Positions 9,155 to 17,553 of a stretch of DNA of 54,924 bases are shown here, in pieces; the first letter of the stretch is position 1; every line of letters starts with the position of its first letter. Made by a program: the position numbers and the translations under genes. This stretch comes from a virus (taxonomy: Duplodnaviria; Caudoviricetes), in the IMG/VR virus record IMGVR_UViG_3300026484_000313, positions 1 through 54,924 of that record. One strand, written 5' to 3'. The notes below the pieces were generated by a model. The model did no database searches, had not been told where the DNA came from, and saw only the letters and a list, made by a program, of their open reading frames with translations.

Positions 9155-9869
9155 TATATACCTCACAAATTGTTTTATACATACAAAATTCACATTGGTT
9201 ATTTTTACAATTTTTGTAATTACTAAAATCTAAAATTAAGTTTCTAAAACTATCAATTGCATTAACTATGTGCTTTTCCATTTCATCTTTTTGATATACA
9301 GAGAAAGAATAAAGTTTGATAAATTCATTTGAAAATTTGTAATAATTGTAAAAATACACAAAATTAGCTTTATCCTGGAAATTGCTGAAAAGAAGATACG
9401 AATAAAACATTCCTTGTGTTTTATAACTGCTCTTATAATAAGGTGAATTATATGCATACTTAAAATCAATTACATTAATAGCATTATCTACAAAATAAAA
9501 CAAATCCAAAATGCCGTAAATTTGATAATCTCCTGCTTTAGCTTCTAACTTTTCTTCAGAATAAAGGAAATCTTTTTTAAAATTAATTTTGAAATTTGAT
9601 CTAAGTGCTTGTTTTGTTAAATAAACATCAAACGCAAACTCACGCTCATTAACATCAAGTTTTTCACCCTTAATTACTTTTGATATTGCAGAATGATAAC
9701 TAATACCTTTTTTGACGAATTCAGATTTCAAATCAAGTCCTTTTACATATTTGTAATAAAAACTGATTGGACATTTGATTGTTATTAAAGAGTAAGTATA
9801 TTTATCACAAGAAAGTAATTTTTGAGTATTTTCAGAATAAACCTTACTGAGAAATGAATTTTTACTCAC
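9144..9869 (-). CDS. Cas4-like / RecB-family PD-(D/E)xK exonuclease with Fe-S cysteines
   Basis: N-terminal CP, GISYH, GILD...IDFK, Q..Y, C-terminal CKNNQCEFCMYKTIC. Confidence 0.85.
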   Translation of the reverse strand: MSKNSFLSKVYSENTQKLLSCDKYTYSLITIKCPISFYYKYVKGLDLKSEFVKKGISYHSAISKVIKGEKLDVNEREFAFDVYLTKQALRSNFKINFKKDFLYSEEKLEAKAGDYQIYGILDLFYFVDNAINVIDFKYAYNSPYYKSSYKTQGMFYSYLLFSNFQDKANFVYFYNYYKFSNEFIKLYSFSVYQKDEMEKHIVNAIDSFRNLILDFSNYKNCKNNQCEFCMYKTICEVYNAK

Positions 9870-11391
9870 GATTATCCTCCTTTAAAAGCTCCGCCTGCTG
9901 TTTAATTAAGTTTAAAAATGTTTCTTTATCAGAAATAACTTTATAATCATAAAGCTTAAACAAACCCTTTCTATATTCTGATTGTCTTTGAAGATAAATA
10001 TGTGTATTGTCATAAAAATCCACTATAAATGCAACTTTCTTTTTATCAGTTCTTCTCAAAACTCTCCCTATTCTTTGGAATATCTTAATAATTGACTTTC
10101 CAGCAAACCCTAAAATAAGTGCATTAACACTAGGAATGTCAAAACCTACATCTAATACTTGACTTGCAAATAAATGCTTTATTGTTCCATCTTCAACCAT
10201 CTCTCTAACTTTGTTGTAATCTATATAAACATTCTTCCAACTACCCCACTTATATTCCATTCCTTGTGATGCTCCAAATACCACTAAAGTCTCTTTTGCT
10301 ATCTCAGCTGGAAGCATTTCTACAAGATGTTTAATGTGTTCTTTTTCAATTGAAAATGTTAAAGATTTTAATCCATACATATGAAAAGTTATTATCCAAT
10401 CAATTATCTTTTTATTTCTTACACTATTTTTAATAATGAATTTTTTAAAACAAGTTCTCCAATTTTGGAATGTCAAAATTTTATTATTTTTTGTTTTAAG
10501 TTCTTCAAAATACACAACAGGGACAGCTAAATAACCACGCTTGTATAAATCTTTTGCGGTTATTTCTATAATTGGTTCCCCAAAAAGAGAATAGGTTGCA
10601 AAGTCTTCATAATTAGGAAATAGAAAATCTCCAACAGTTGCAAGAGTATTGATTTTATAATTAAGTAATTGAAGTTTCTTTTTAAAACCAAATAATCTTC
10701 TAAAAAGTGTTCCAGTAAATCCCAAATCATACTTTATATCTGCAACACTGTATAACCTCTTTTCAAACTCCATAAACATATCAGATTGTTTTGAATGTGC
10801 TTCGTCCCAAAATATTGCTTGATATTTTTTAAGTATTGTTTTATCTAATTTTAAAAGTGAATGAATGGTTCCAACAAGATACTTGTTAATTTGCTTTCTT
10901 TCACCATTAACAATACCTGCTTCAGAAGGGAATAACTCATTTAAAAGAGAATAAAATTGTTCAGATAGAGCTTTTGTTGGAACTACAATAATTGAAGGCA
11001 GTTGCAAATGGTGAATAATAGATGCAATTATTAAACTCTTTCCTCCACCTGTAGCTATAGCTATAACACCATATTTTCTTTGTAATGCTCTTTTAACTGT
11101 TTCAATTTGATAGTCTCTTAATACATAATTCCCTACTTTCTCTCTCACTTGAATATCTTCATTTAAATTGCTATAAAAATCTGGTAATTGATATTTATGT
11201 CTTAAATATGTATTTTGTTCTATAAATTGCTTAACAAGCTCATAAGTTCCTATATAATACAAATCATTATATTTAACTTGTTTAATTTGTTCTCCTGTAT
11301 TATAACAAGAAAACTTTTCAAACAACAATTGTAAATTCTTATCATTTACTTTTACAAATTTCCCTACTTTTTCTATTTGATTTGTAAGCAT
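9862..11391 (-). CDS. SF2 helicase (UvsW-like)
   Basis: LRDYQ, ATGGGKS, DEAH, FTGT, GFDIP, QRIGRVLR. Confidence 0.92.
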   Translation of the reverse strand: MLTNQIEKVGKFVKVNDKNLQLLFEKFSCYNTGEQIKQVKYNDLYYIGTYELVKQFIEQNTYLRHKYQLPDFYSNLNEDIQVREKVGNYVLRDYQIETVKRALQRKYGVIAIATGGGKSLIIASIIHHLQLPSIIVVPTKALSEQFYSLLNELFPSEAGIVNGERKQINKYLVGTIHSLLKLDKTILKKYQAIFWDEAHSKQSDMFMEFEKRLYSVADIKYDLGFTGTLFRRLFGFKKKLQLLNYKINTLATVGDFLFPNYEDFATYSLFGEPIIEITAKDLYKRGYLAVPVVYFEELKTKNNKILTFQNWRTCFKKFIIKNSVRNKKIIDWIITFHMYGLKSLTFSIEKEHIKHLVEMLPAEIAKETLVVFGASQGMEYKWGSWKNVYIDYNKVREMVEDGTIKHLFASQVLDVGFDIPSVNALILGFAGKSIIKIFQRIGRVLRRTDKKKVAFIVDFYDNTHIYLQRQSEYRKGLFKLYDYKVISDKETFLNLIKQQAELLKEDNRE

Positions 11392-11412
11392 TCCTATTCC
11401 TACCTCCTCATA

Positions 11413-11784
11413 TTATTCTTCATATGGAAGAATTTTATCAAAACTATCTTCATCTAAAATATCTTCTACCATTTTAGCTATAGACTTTACATTTTCATAT
11501 ATTTCAGGATTTGTTAAATCAATATGTGCATTTAATTTAAATTGATTAAAATCATAAGACTTATCAGAACAATTTATTTGAATGAAACCATCTTTGTAAT
11601 CAGGATAAATTGTAAGTAAAACTTCAATTTCTGTTGTTGAAGTTGTATCCAAAAATTTGATTAAATAAACTAACGCTCTTCCAAACTTATCCTCTCCACT
11701 TGCTTTAGAAACATTTGCAATTTCAAATAGTGGATTATCTAAAATTTCATTTAAAACTGTGTTTATAGATTTTGTAAAAATCAT
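11413..11784 (-). CDS. Hypothetical protein
   Basis: ORF with RBS AGGAGGTG in operon; no recognisable motif. Confidence 0.65.
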   Translation of the reverse strand: MIFTKSINTVLNEILDNPLFEIANVSKASGEDKFGRALVYLIKFLDTTSTTEIEVLLTIYPDYKDGFIQINCSDKSYDFNQFKLNAHIDLTNPEIYENVKSIAKMVEDILDEDSFDKILPYEE

Positions 11785-11811
11785 TACCCACCTCCTTTAA
11801 ATTTATAAATT

Positions 11812-11834
11812 GGCGAGGGAGTATATCCCTCGCC
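11812..11834 (-). terminator. Stem-loop downstream of SSB gene
   Basis: GGCGAGGGA-gtata-TCCCTCGCC perfect 9-bp stem followed by an AU-rich tail on the minus strand. Confidence 0.65.
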
Positions 11835-11839
11835 TCATA

Positions 11840-12532
11840 TTAAAAATCTACATCTGCTATATCATCTAAAGAAATTGATTTTGGTTCCTCACTTTGATTT
11901 TCAATAGATTGGTTTGTTTCATCTTTACTAGTTGGTAAAATTTCATCACCCAATTCTGCAATTAATTTGCTATAAAGCTCTTCCAATGCCATTTCATTTG
12001 CTTCTGTGAATTTGATGACTTTTTGCAGATTGTAATACTTTTTATTATCAATGATATCATCTAAATCTACTTTATTATCCGCTCCTAATATAATTCTGTC
12101 TATTTTTCCGTCTGCATTTCTTGTTAATTTGAATTTAATTGGTATAAACTCTTCAATTTCTTCCCAATAAGCAAATGCTAATCGCCCTAATTGTCCAGCA
12201 TCTCCATAAATACCTATTTCTCCATTTGCAACCACATTATAATACATTCTTAATCTTGCTCTGTAATTCTTAAGCTTGTCATAATGTTTGTTTATTAATT
12301 CACAAACTTTACAATCTAAATTGAATGATTTAGGACAATAAATTGTCTTTTTATACCAATGTGCTTGTAATTGACGCCATATCTCATCATTTACAGGTGG
12401 TAATAAAGTTAAAATAATTTTTTCTCCTGGATTGGTTGGGACTTTTACCCAATTAACCTTTGTTTGTTGATTTTCTTTAAATAGAACATTTTTAAATGGG
12501 TTGTTCTTAACATCATACTTAAATTCTGCCAT
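11840..12532 (-). CDS. Single-stranded DNA-binding protein (T4 gp32-like)
   Basis: LLPP, H...CP....CKVC zinc site, RMYYNVV, acidic tail ending SLDDIADVDF; next to recombinase. Confidence 0.78.
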   Translation of the reverse strand: MAEFKYDVKNNPFKNVLFKENQQTKVNWVKVPTNPGEKIILTLLPPVNDEIWRQLQAHWYKKTIYCPKSFNLDCKVCELINKHYDKLKNYRARLRMYYNVVANGEIGIYGDAGQLGRLAFAYWEEIEEFIPIKFKLTRNADGKIDRIILGADNKVDLDDIIDNKKYYNLQKVIKFTEANEMALEELYSKLIAELGDEILPTSKDETNQSIENQSEEPKSISLDDIADVDF

Positions 12533-12574
12533 AACTAACTACCTCCTTTTTATATTTTATTTTTGTATATTTTA

Positions 12575-12603
12575 ATTATACCATAAATTGTGGAATTATG
12601 CAA
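12575..12603 (-). promoter_or_regulatory. Sigma70-type promoter for the SSB/replication operon
   Basis: Minus strand TTGCAT-17 bp-(TG)nTATAAT. Confidence 0.75.
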
Positions 12604-13573
12604 ATAATTTTTCTTTTAATTCTTGCAATCTTGAGTTTAATTTTTTCTTAAAAAGTTCATTAACATTGCAATAATATTCATACACTTTGTATTTTATTAT
12701 ATCTAGCAAATTTTTATGCTTATCTAGATATTTTTGTAAATCTTCTGCATTTCTAACTTTAAACTCAACATCAAAATCTTCAAATTTAAATTGATACCAA
12801 CCTGCACTGCCTTTTACGCCAAAAAGCTCTTTAATTACATACAAATATGTTTCCATTTCATCTACAATCCCTTCCTTGATAAAAACTGGGAATTTAATTG
12901 CAGGAACTACTTTATTCTTTACTGCCTCAACTTCAGAGATAATACCATATATTTGTTTAACTCCTAAAGAAACTTTTTCTATTCTTTTTAAAGTATTTAC
13001 TTTCATTCTTACAAGAGATGCATATTTTATTGCTCTACCACCTTTTGACTTATATCCTCCCACCATTGTTTCATATATTTGATTTGCAAAAATAATTGCA
13101 GAATTAGATTTTGACAACAACGGAACCAAATATTTCATAGCTCTTGAGATTACCCTGCTTTCTTCAGCAATACCACCAGAAAAATTAGATTTTGTTTTGA
13201 ATTGATTTTCAGTTAAACAAAAACCAATAGTATCCCACACAATTAAACAAGGTTGCTTTTTTAAATATGCTTTTTCTAATTCAGAAAATATGAACTTAAA
13301 ACCTTCTTCTAAAATGTTGGTTTTGAATAAAGTAAATTTTTCTTCGTCAAATGTTCCACCTTGTCTTTGAAATTTATCTTCATCAAACACATACTCACTT
13401 TCAATGTGAATATATCTTACATTATTTTGTTGTGCTTTAACTCCTAAATACATTGCTACTGCAGACTTACCTGTGCTTTCTGTTCCAAAAATTTCATAAA
13501 CGGCGGAAGGGTAAATCCCTCCGCCAAGAAGAATATCTAAAACAGTGTCCTTAACAATAGGTTCATTAAACAT
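12596..13573 (-). CDS. recA: RecA/UvsX-like recombinase
   Basis: LDILLGGG, GTESTGKS, ESE, VWDT, ANQI, GGRAIKYASLVR, KNKV. Confidence 0.9.
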   Translation of the reverse strand: MFNEPIVKDTVLDILLGGGIYPSAVYEIFGTESTGKSAVAMYLGVKAQQNNVRYIHIESEYVFDEDKFQRQGGTFDEEKFTLFKTNILEEGFKFIFSELEKAYLKKQPCLIVWDTIGFCLTENQFKTKSNFSGGIAEESRVISRAMKYLVPLLSKSNSAIIFANQIYETMVGGYKSKGGRAIKYASLVRMKVNTLKRIEKVSLGVKQIYGIISEVEAVKNKVVPAIKFPVFIKEGIVDEMETYLYVIKELFGVKGSAGWYQFKFEDFDVEFKVRNAEDLQKYLDKHKNLLDIIKYKVYEYYCNVNELFKKKLNSRLQELKEKLFA

Positions 13574-13607
13574 TTTAAACCCCCTTTTTTATTTTGTGCT
13601 TTTTACA

Positions 13608-14435
13608 TTATAACAAATCTTCATCAATTGTAAAAGCATCTGCTCCTAAATTGCCAGAATTTGAACTCAATAATTGATTTAATCTCTCTTCTACAAGCTT
13701 AACAGCTTCTTCAAAGCTACAATCTACATTTCTTTGACGCTTAAAAGGATTGATTTGAGATGCTAAATATTGAGTTGCCTCTAATGAATTCATTCCACTA
13801 TCAATTAATCTTTGTCTTGCCTCTACAAATTTTTCATAAAGATTTAACAACATATCAGCATATTTTTGTCTTTTTTGATATGCTTCAGTTAAAGAAGTGT
13901 TCATAAATTTATCAACTTTTTTGAAGATATTATAGAATGCAGAACCAGAAAATCTTGCTAATTTCTCATAAAGAAGTCCAAATGTAATGTATATAGGTTC
14001 TTCTATAATATCTATAAGTTCCTCTTCTAAAAGATTTGGTTTCTTTTCCATAATATCTCTATAAACCTTTAGAGCTTGAATGGATTTGTCTTTAAGAGAA
14101 AGTGCTTTTTCAATGTTTAATTTTAATACAGCCATAGCATCATCTTTGCTAATAATTACAACTGGAATAGGACTATCTGGATTTGTTAAAAGCTCTCTCA
14201 ATGCCATTAATCTGTGTTGTCCATTAACCACATAATACTTATCACCTTCAGGATAAACAATTAATGGATCAATAAATCCAAGAGAAGAAATTGATTTTTG
14301 AAGATTTCTTATATGTTGTTGAGAAAGTTCCCTTTGATAAGGTGAGATTTCCAATTCAGATGCAGGAATTAAACCAAAAGCAATGTCCTTACCGAAAATC
14401 GGTTCTTGATAGGTGAATTTGATTACCATAGCCAT
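13608..14435 (-). CDS. ParB/Srx N-terminal domain protein (DGQHR-like)
   Basis: SPYQRELS, GFIDPLIV, VVNGQHRL; likely start MAMVIK (14435) after AAGGAGGG. Confidence 0.8.
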   Translation of the reverse strand: MAMVIKFTYQEPIFGKDIAFGLIPASELEISPYQRELSQQHIRNLQKSISSLGFIDPLIVYPEGDKYYVVNGQHRLMALRELLTNPDSPIPVVIISKDDAMAVLKLNIEKALSLKDKSIQALKVYRDIMEKKPNLLEEELIDIIEEPIYITFGLLYEKLARFSGSAFYNIFKKVDKFMNTSLTEAYQKRQKYADMLLNLYEKFVEARQRLIDSGMNSLEATQYLASQINPFKRQRNVDCSFEEAVKLVEERLNQLLSSNSGNLGADAFTIDEDLL

Positions 14436-14462
14436 CTTACTTCCCTCCTTCATTTATTTTAT

Positions 14463-15263
14463 TTATACATTCTCTCTTATTCCATTGTAAATTGTATATA
14501 AATTTTCAAATTCTGTCAAATCATATAGCTTTTCAACTCCAAGTGCTACATTTTTTGTATAAATTTTTATAATTCGTTCATCTATTTTGTTTTTATCAAA
14601 ATCTTCAAAATAAACTGATTTTATTCCTGCAAGACTTGTTAAATATTCTAAAGCTGATTTTAACATATGAAAATCATTTACCCAACCGCAAACTGAAAAA
14701 ATATGTTTCTCTTTAATTGTGTAAAATTCAACTTTAAAAAAGATTTCATCTACATAAACTCTTAAAATGTAAGGTAAATATGTTTTTGTGCCCCTAAGAT
14801 AAAGTCCAATGATTTTTACTAATTTCACCATTAACGATGGATTAGGAAAATCTATCAAATCTAAGTATTTGTTAATTTTTATTCTCTTTTGTTGTTCATT
14901 TACAGGAATATATTCTGTATTACCTGTAGCTTTCACAAAAACTGATTGCTCAGATACTAAAACCCAATGATTGTAGATAAATACAGGATAGAATGTTTGA
15001 GAAAAGAATTTGCTAAAATTGAAAACTTCCTCAAAATTGTTTCTTATGTAATTTGCTTTATGTTTTACATTTTCATAAAAATCTTCGTCTTCAAATTGGA
15101 AATCAATATATCTAGCTTGACGCCTTTTAATCTTCTCTTCTAAAAATGGAAGAAGATATTGTGCAAATCTTTTAAAAGCATTTTTAGCTGAAACTACTTC
15201 TTCTGGAAATAACAATTCTACAGCTTTTTCACAAGTTAAATCGAATGGATTTATGTTTGGCAT
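14463..15263 (-). CDS. Hypothetical protein, paralog of 15290-16123
   Basis: RBS GAGGAGGT; shares FS..G..N.FH..KSA.E.L motif. Confidence 0.75.
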   Translation of the reverse strand: MPNINPFDLTCEKAVELLFPEEVVSAKNAFKRFAQYLLPFLEEKIKRRQARYIDFQFEDEDFYENVKHKANYIRNNFEEVFNFSKFFSQTFYPVFIYNHWVLVSEQSVFVKATGNTEYIPVNEQQKRIKINKYLDLIDFPNPSLMVKLVKIIGLYLRGTKTYLPYILRVYVDEIFFKVEFYTIKEKHIFSVCGWVNDFHMLKSALEYLTSLAGIKSVYFEDFDKNKIDERIIKIYTKNVALGVEKLYDLTEFENLYTIYNGIRENV

Positions 15264-15289
15264 AGCTTCCTACCTCCTCTAGTAAATTT

Positions 15290-16123
15290 TTAATACAAAT
15301 TATACTCTTCTTTTAGTTCATTTGTCAAGACTATTTTCTCAATAAATGTTTTGTTATACCAATTAATGTGCTCTTTTATATCTGCAAAAGTGAGTAAATA
15401 ATCATAACCTAACTTGCAATTCACAAGGTAATATTTGTAGATAAATGAATTCAGAAGAGAGTTTATTAAAGCTTCGTCTTGTTTGTAATAGTAAGCATAA
15501 ATGAAATAATCAGATGAAAGGAATTCAAAAGCTGATTTTATAAGATGAAACTTATTTTGAAATCCGCCAAATGAAAATACTTTTTTGCCAAAATAATCAA
15601 ATATGGTAATGTAATAAAAAGAACGATTTGCAAAAATTTCAAAATCAAATAAAAATTTTGATTTTAACCCTCTAATGAGCTTTTCAATTCTATCTTTCAA
15701 AATCAAAATATTAACTGGACATTGCTTTTCATAAAATACTTTCTTATCAATTATTGTTTTTATGTAATCATGCAAAGGACTTGTATAGGTATCTTCATTT
15801 ATCAAATAAAATTTTTTAAGATGCAGAGAGTAGAATTTTGAAATTATTCTGAATTGAGTGTTAGAAATAATTTGGTAAATTAAATCAAAAAGTTTGTTCA
15901 TCATACTTATAAAATTGTGTTCAAAATTAGGATAATCCTTGATAATTACATCTACATCTAAATCAAAAGCAACATCTGTCCAGTTTCTAGCTTTTATTTT
16001 GTCAATGATTTGTTGCAAACATTCCATTCTGTAATTGCGATATAAATCAATAACTTTCTGAGGTTGATAATCTAATGAAGAATTCATTTGAAGCTCTGAT
16101 TTGAAATATTCTGTTCCGGACAT
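15290..16123 (-). CDS. Hypothetical protein, first gene of leftward arm, paralog of 14463-15263
   Basis: RBS AGGAGGTG; shared motif. Confidence 0.75.
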   Translation of the reverse strand: MSGTEYFKSELQMNSSLDYQPQKVIDLYRNYRMECLQQIIDKIKARNWTDVAFDLDVDVIIKDYPNFEHNFISMMNKLFDLIYQIISNTQFRIISKFYSLHLKKFYLINEDTYTSPLHDYIKTIIDKKVFYEKQCPVNILILKDRIEKLIRGLKSKFLFDFEIFANRSFYYITIFDYFGKKVFSFGGFQNKFHLIKSAFEFLSSDYFIYAYYYKQDEALINSLLNSFIYKYYLVNCKLGYDYLLTFADIKEHINWYNKTFIEKIVLTNELKEEYNLY

Positions 16124-16184
16124 CTTATTACACCTCCTACGCAGAATAATTGATTTTATTCCTTCCTGATTTACACTTACATCT

Positions 16185-16213
16185 TAATCTATACAAAATG
16201 CTAAATTTTGCAA
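16185..16213 (-). promoter_or_regulatory. Putative leftward promoter
   Basis: Minus strand TTGCAA-16 bp-TAGATT about 60 nt upstream of the 16123 start. Confidence 0.45.
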
Positions 16214-16299
16214 CCAAAATTTGATTAAATCTTAAAGTATTTTGCTAATTTCATACAACAAAATGCTAAATTTTTGATAAATCATTACATTTCTTAATC

Positions 16300-17002
16300 T
16301 TACAATTTTTGGGAAAAATATGTTCTAACTTATTGAATTACTTAAAGTTTCGGTTTTTTCACTATAATAATGTGTGTGTATAAATGTAAAAAAATTTGAT
16401 TGACTATCACTAAAAATTATGTGTTTGAACAATTAATTGATTTGTAGCACATTTTAATGCAAACATAAAATTAAACTTATAATAATATGCTCACAAATGC
16501 AGATAAATTGAACATAAGTGCAATAATTAAGCTAATTATGCTTAAAATGTAGGCAATTGATTGAATACCAATGATTTATCAAAATTGGGAAAAATATATT
16601 GTAAGTTGTTGTATCACAATAAGTTTCGGTTTTTTCATTAAAATAGATGTGTGTATAAAAGTATAAAAAAATCAAACTAGCAGGTTAGGTGTAGGTGTGA
16701 GATAAGCATTAAAGATTTGAATTAATATTTGAACAAAATATTTGTAATGACAATAGAATAGAAATTTGATAAATAAATTCAAATAAAATATTGCCAAGAT
16801 AATGTTAAATATAAAATAATATCAGCTATTTAATTAATTCATCACAACCAAATTCAGTTAAAAACCTATATCTGTAGCAAATTGCTAATAAACAATTGTT
16901 ATTCAATTAATTACAATTTTTGGGAAAAACATATCGTAAATTATTGTGTCCCAATAACATTCGGTTTTTTCACTATAATAATGTGTGTATAGAAGTATAA
17001 AA
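16300..17002. repeat. Three imperfect ~90-bp direct repeats (16300-16394, 16585-16671, 16911-17002); candidate replication origin
   Basis: Unit: TTGGGAAAAA(t/c)A-27 nt-(t/a)TTCGGTTTTTTCA(c/t)TA(t/a)AATA..TGTGTGTATA..GTATAAAA, at the point where gene orientation switches. Confidence 0.9.
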
Positions 17003-17027
17003 TGAGCAAAATTTAAGCTAAGATTTT

Positions 17028-17056
17028 TTGCAAAATGTTCAAATATGTGTTATAAT
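17028..17056 (+). promoter_or_regulatory. Rightward sigma70 promoter with extended -10
   Basis: TTGCAA-17 bp-TGtTATAAT. Confidence 0.8.
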
Positions 17057-17118
17057 CAGATTGACAGAAATATTTGAGTGAATAAATTAAAAATAACTTT
17101 AAAAGGAGGTAAAGAGAG

Positions 17119-17481
17119 ATGAGAGTAGTTGAGCCATTGGTTGAACCAGAATTAAAGGAAATATTTGAACAAGAAGGATATAAAGCATTAGCACAAATAA
17201 AAGCAGAATTTGTATATGATCCAGAGCTTGGTAGTGTAGCAGAATTTGAAACTGAGAGAGATTTAATTGCATATGTTTTCTTACGCAATCTACTTGCAAT
17301 CTACACATATGCTTCTGGAATGAATAGAAGAGCACTTATTAGAAAGTTAGAAAGACAAATATTAAAACATGCAAGAAAAATTGGAGAAGAAGCATTTATA
17401 AGACAAGTGATTAAAGAAGGGAAAAGATTTTTTAATAAATATCTTAGAGATGAAATAACAAAGGAAGGAGGTGAGAGATGA
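17119..17481 (+). CDS. Hypothetical 120-aa protein translationally coupled to the AEP protein
   Basis: RBS AAGGAGGT; ATGA stop/start overlap at 17478-17481; basic helical C-half. Confidence 0.8.
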   Translation: MRVVEPLVEPELKEIFEQEGYKALAQIKAEFVYDPELGSVAEFETERDLIAYVFLRNLLAIYTYASGMNRRALIRKLERQILKHARKIGEEAFIRQVIKEGKRFFNKYLRDEITKEGGER

Positions 17482-17553
17482 TGAAGGGAAGAGCCGAGAC
17501 AACCCACACAGGAGCTAACCTTCAACTCAACAACTCCTGTGATGGGTTGCTCA
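17470..17553 (-). ncRNA. Putative antisense (countertranscript) RNA over the AEP gene RBS/start; 3' end uncertain
   Basis: GC-rich inverted repeat 17496-17552; minus-strand TTGATT-16 bp-TATAAT at 17587-17560 predicts a start at the hairpin base. Confidence 0.5.

Noticed and set aside
9144-9869. Cas4 as part of a CRISPR-Cas system
   Set aside because: No cas1/cas2 or array; it lies in the replication operon like common stand-alone phage Cas4-like nucleases.
16300-17002. CRISPR array or mini-array
   Set aside because: Units are ~90 bp, separated by ~190-240 bp of unequal length, and the 27-nt cores resemble each other rather than being unique spacers.
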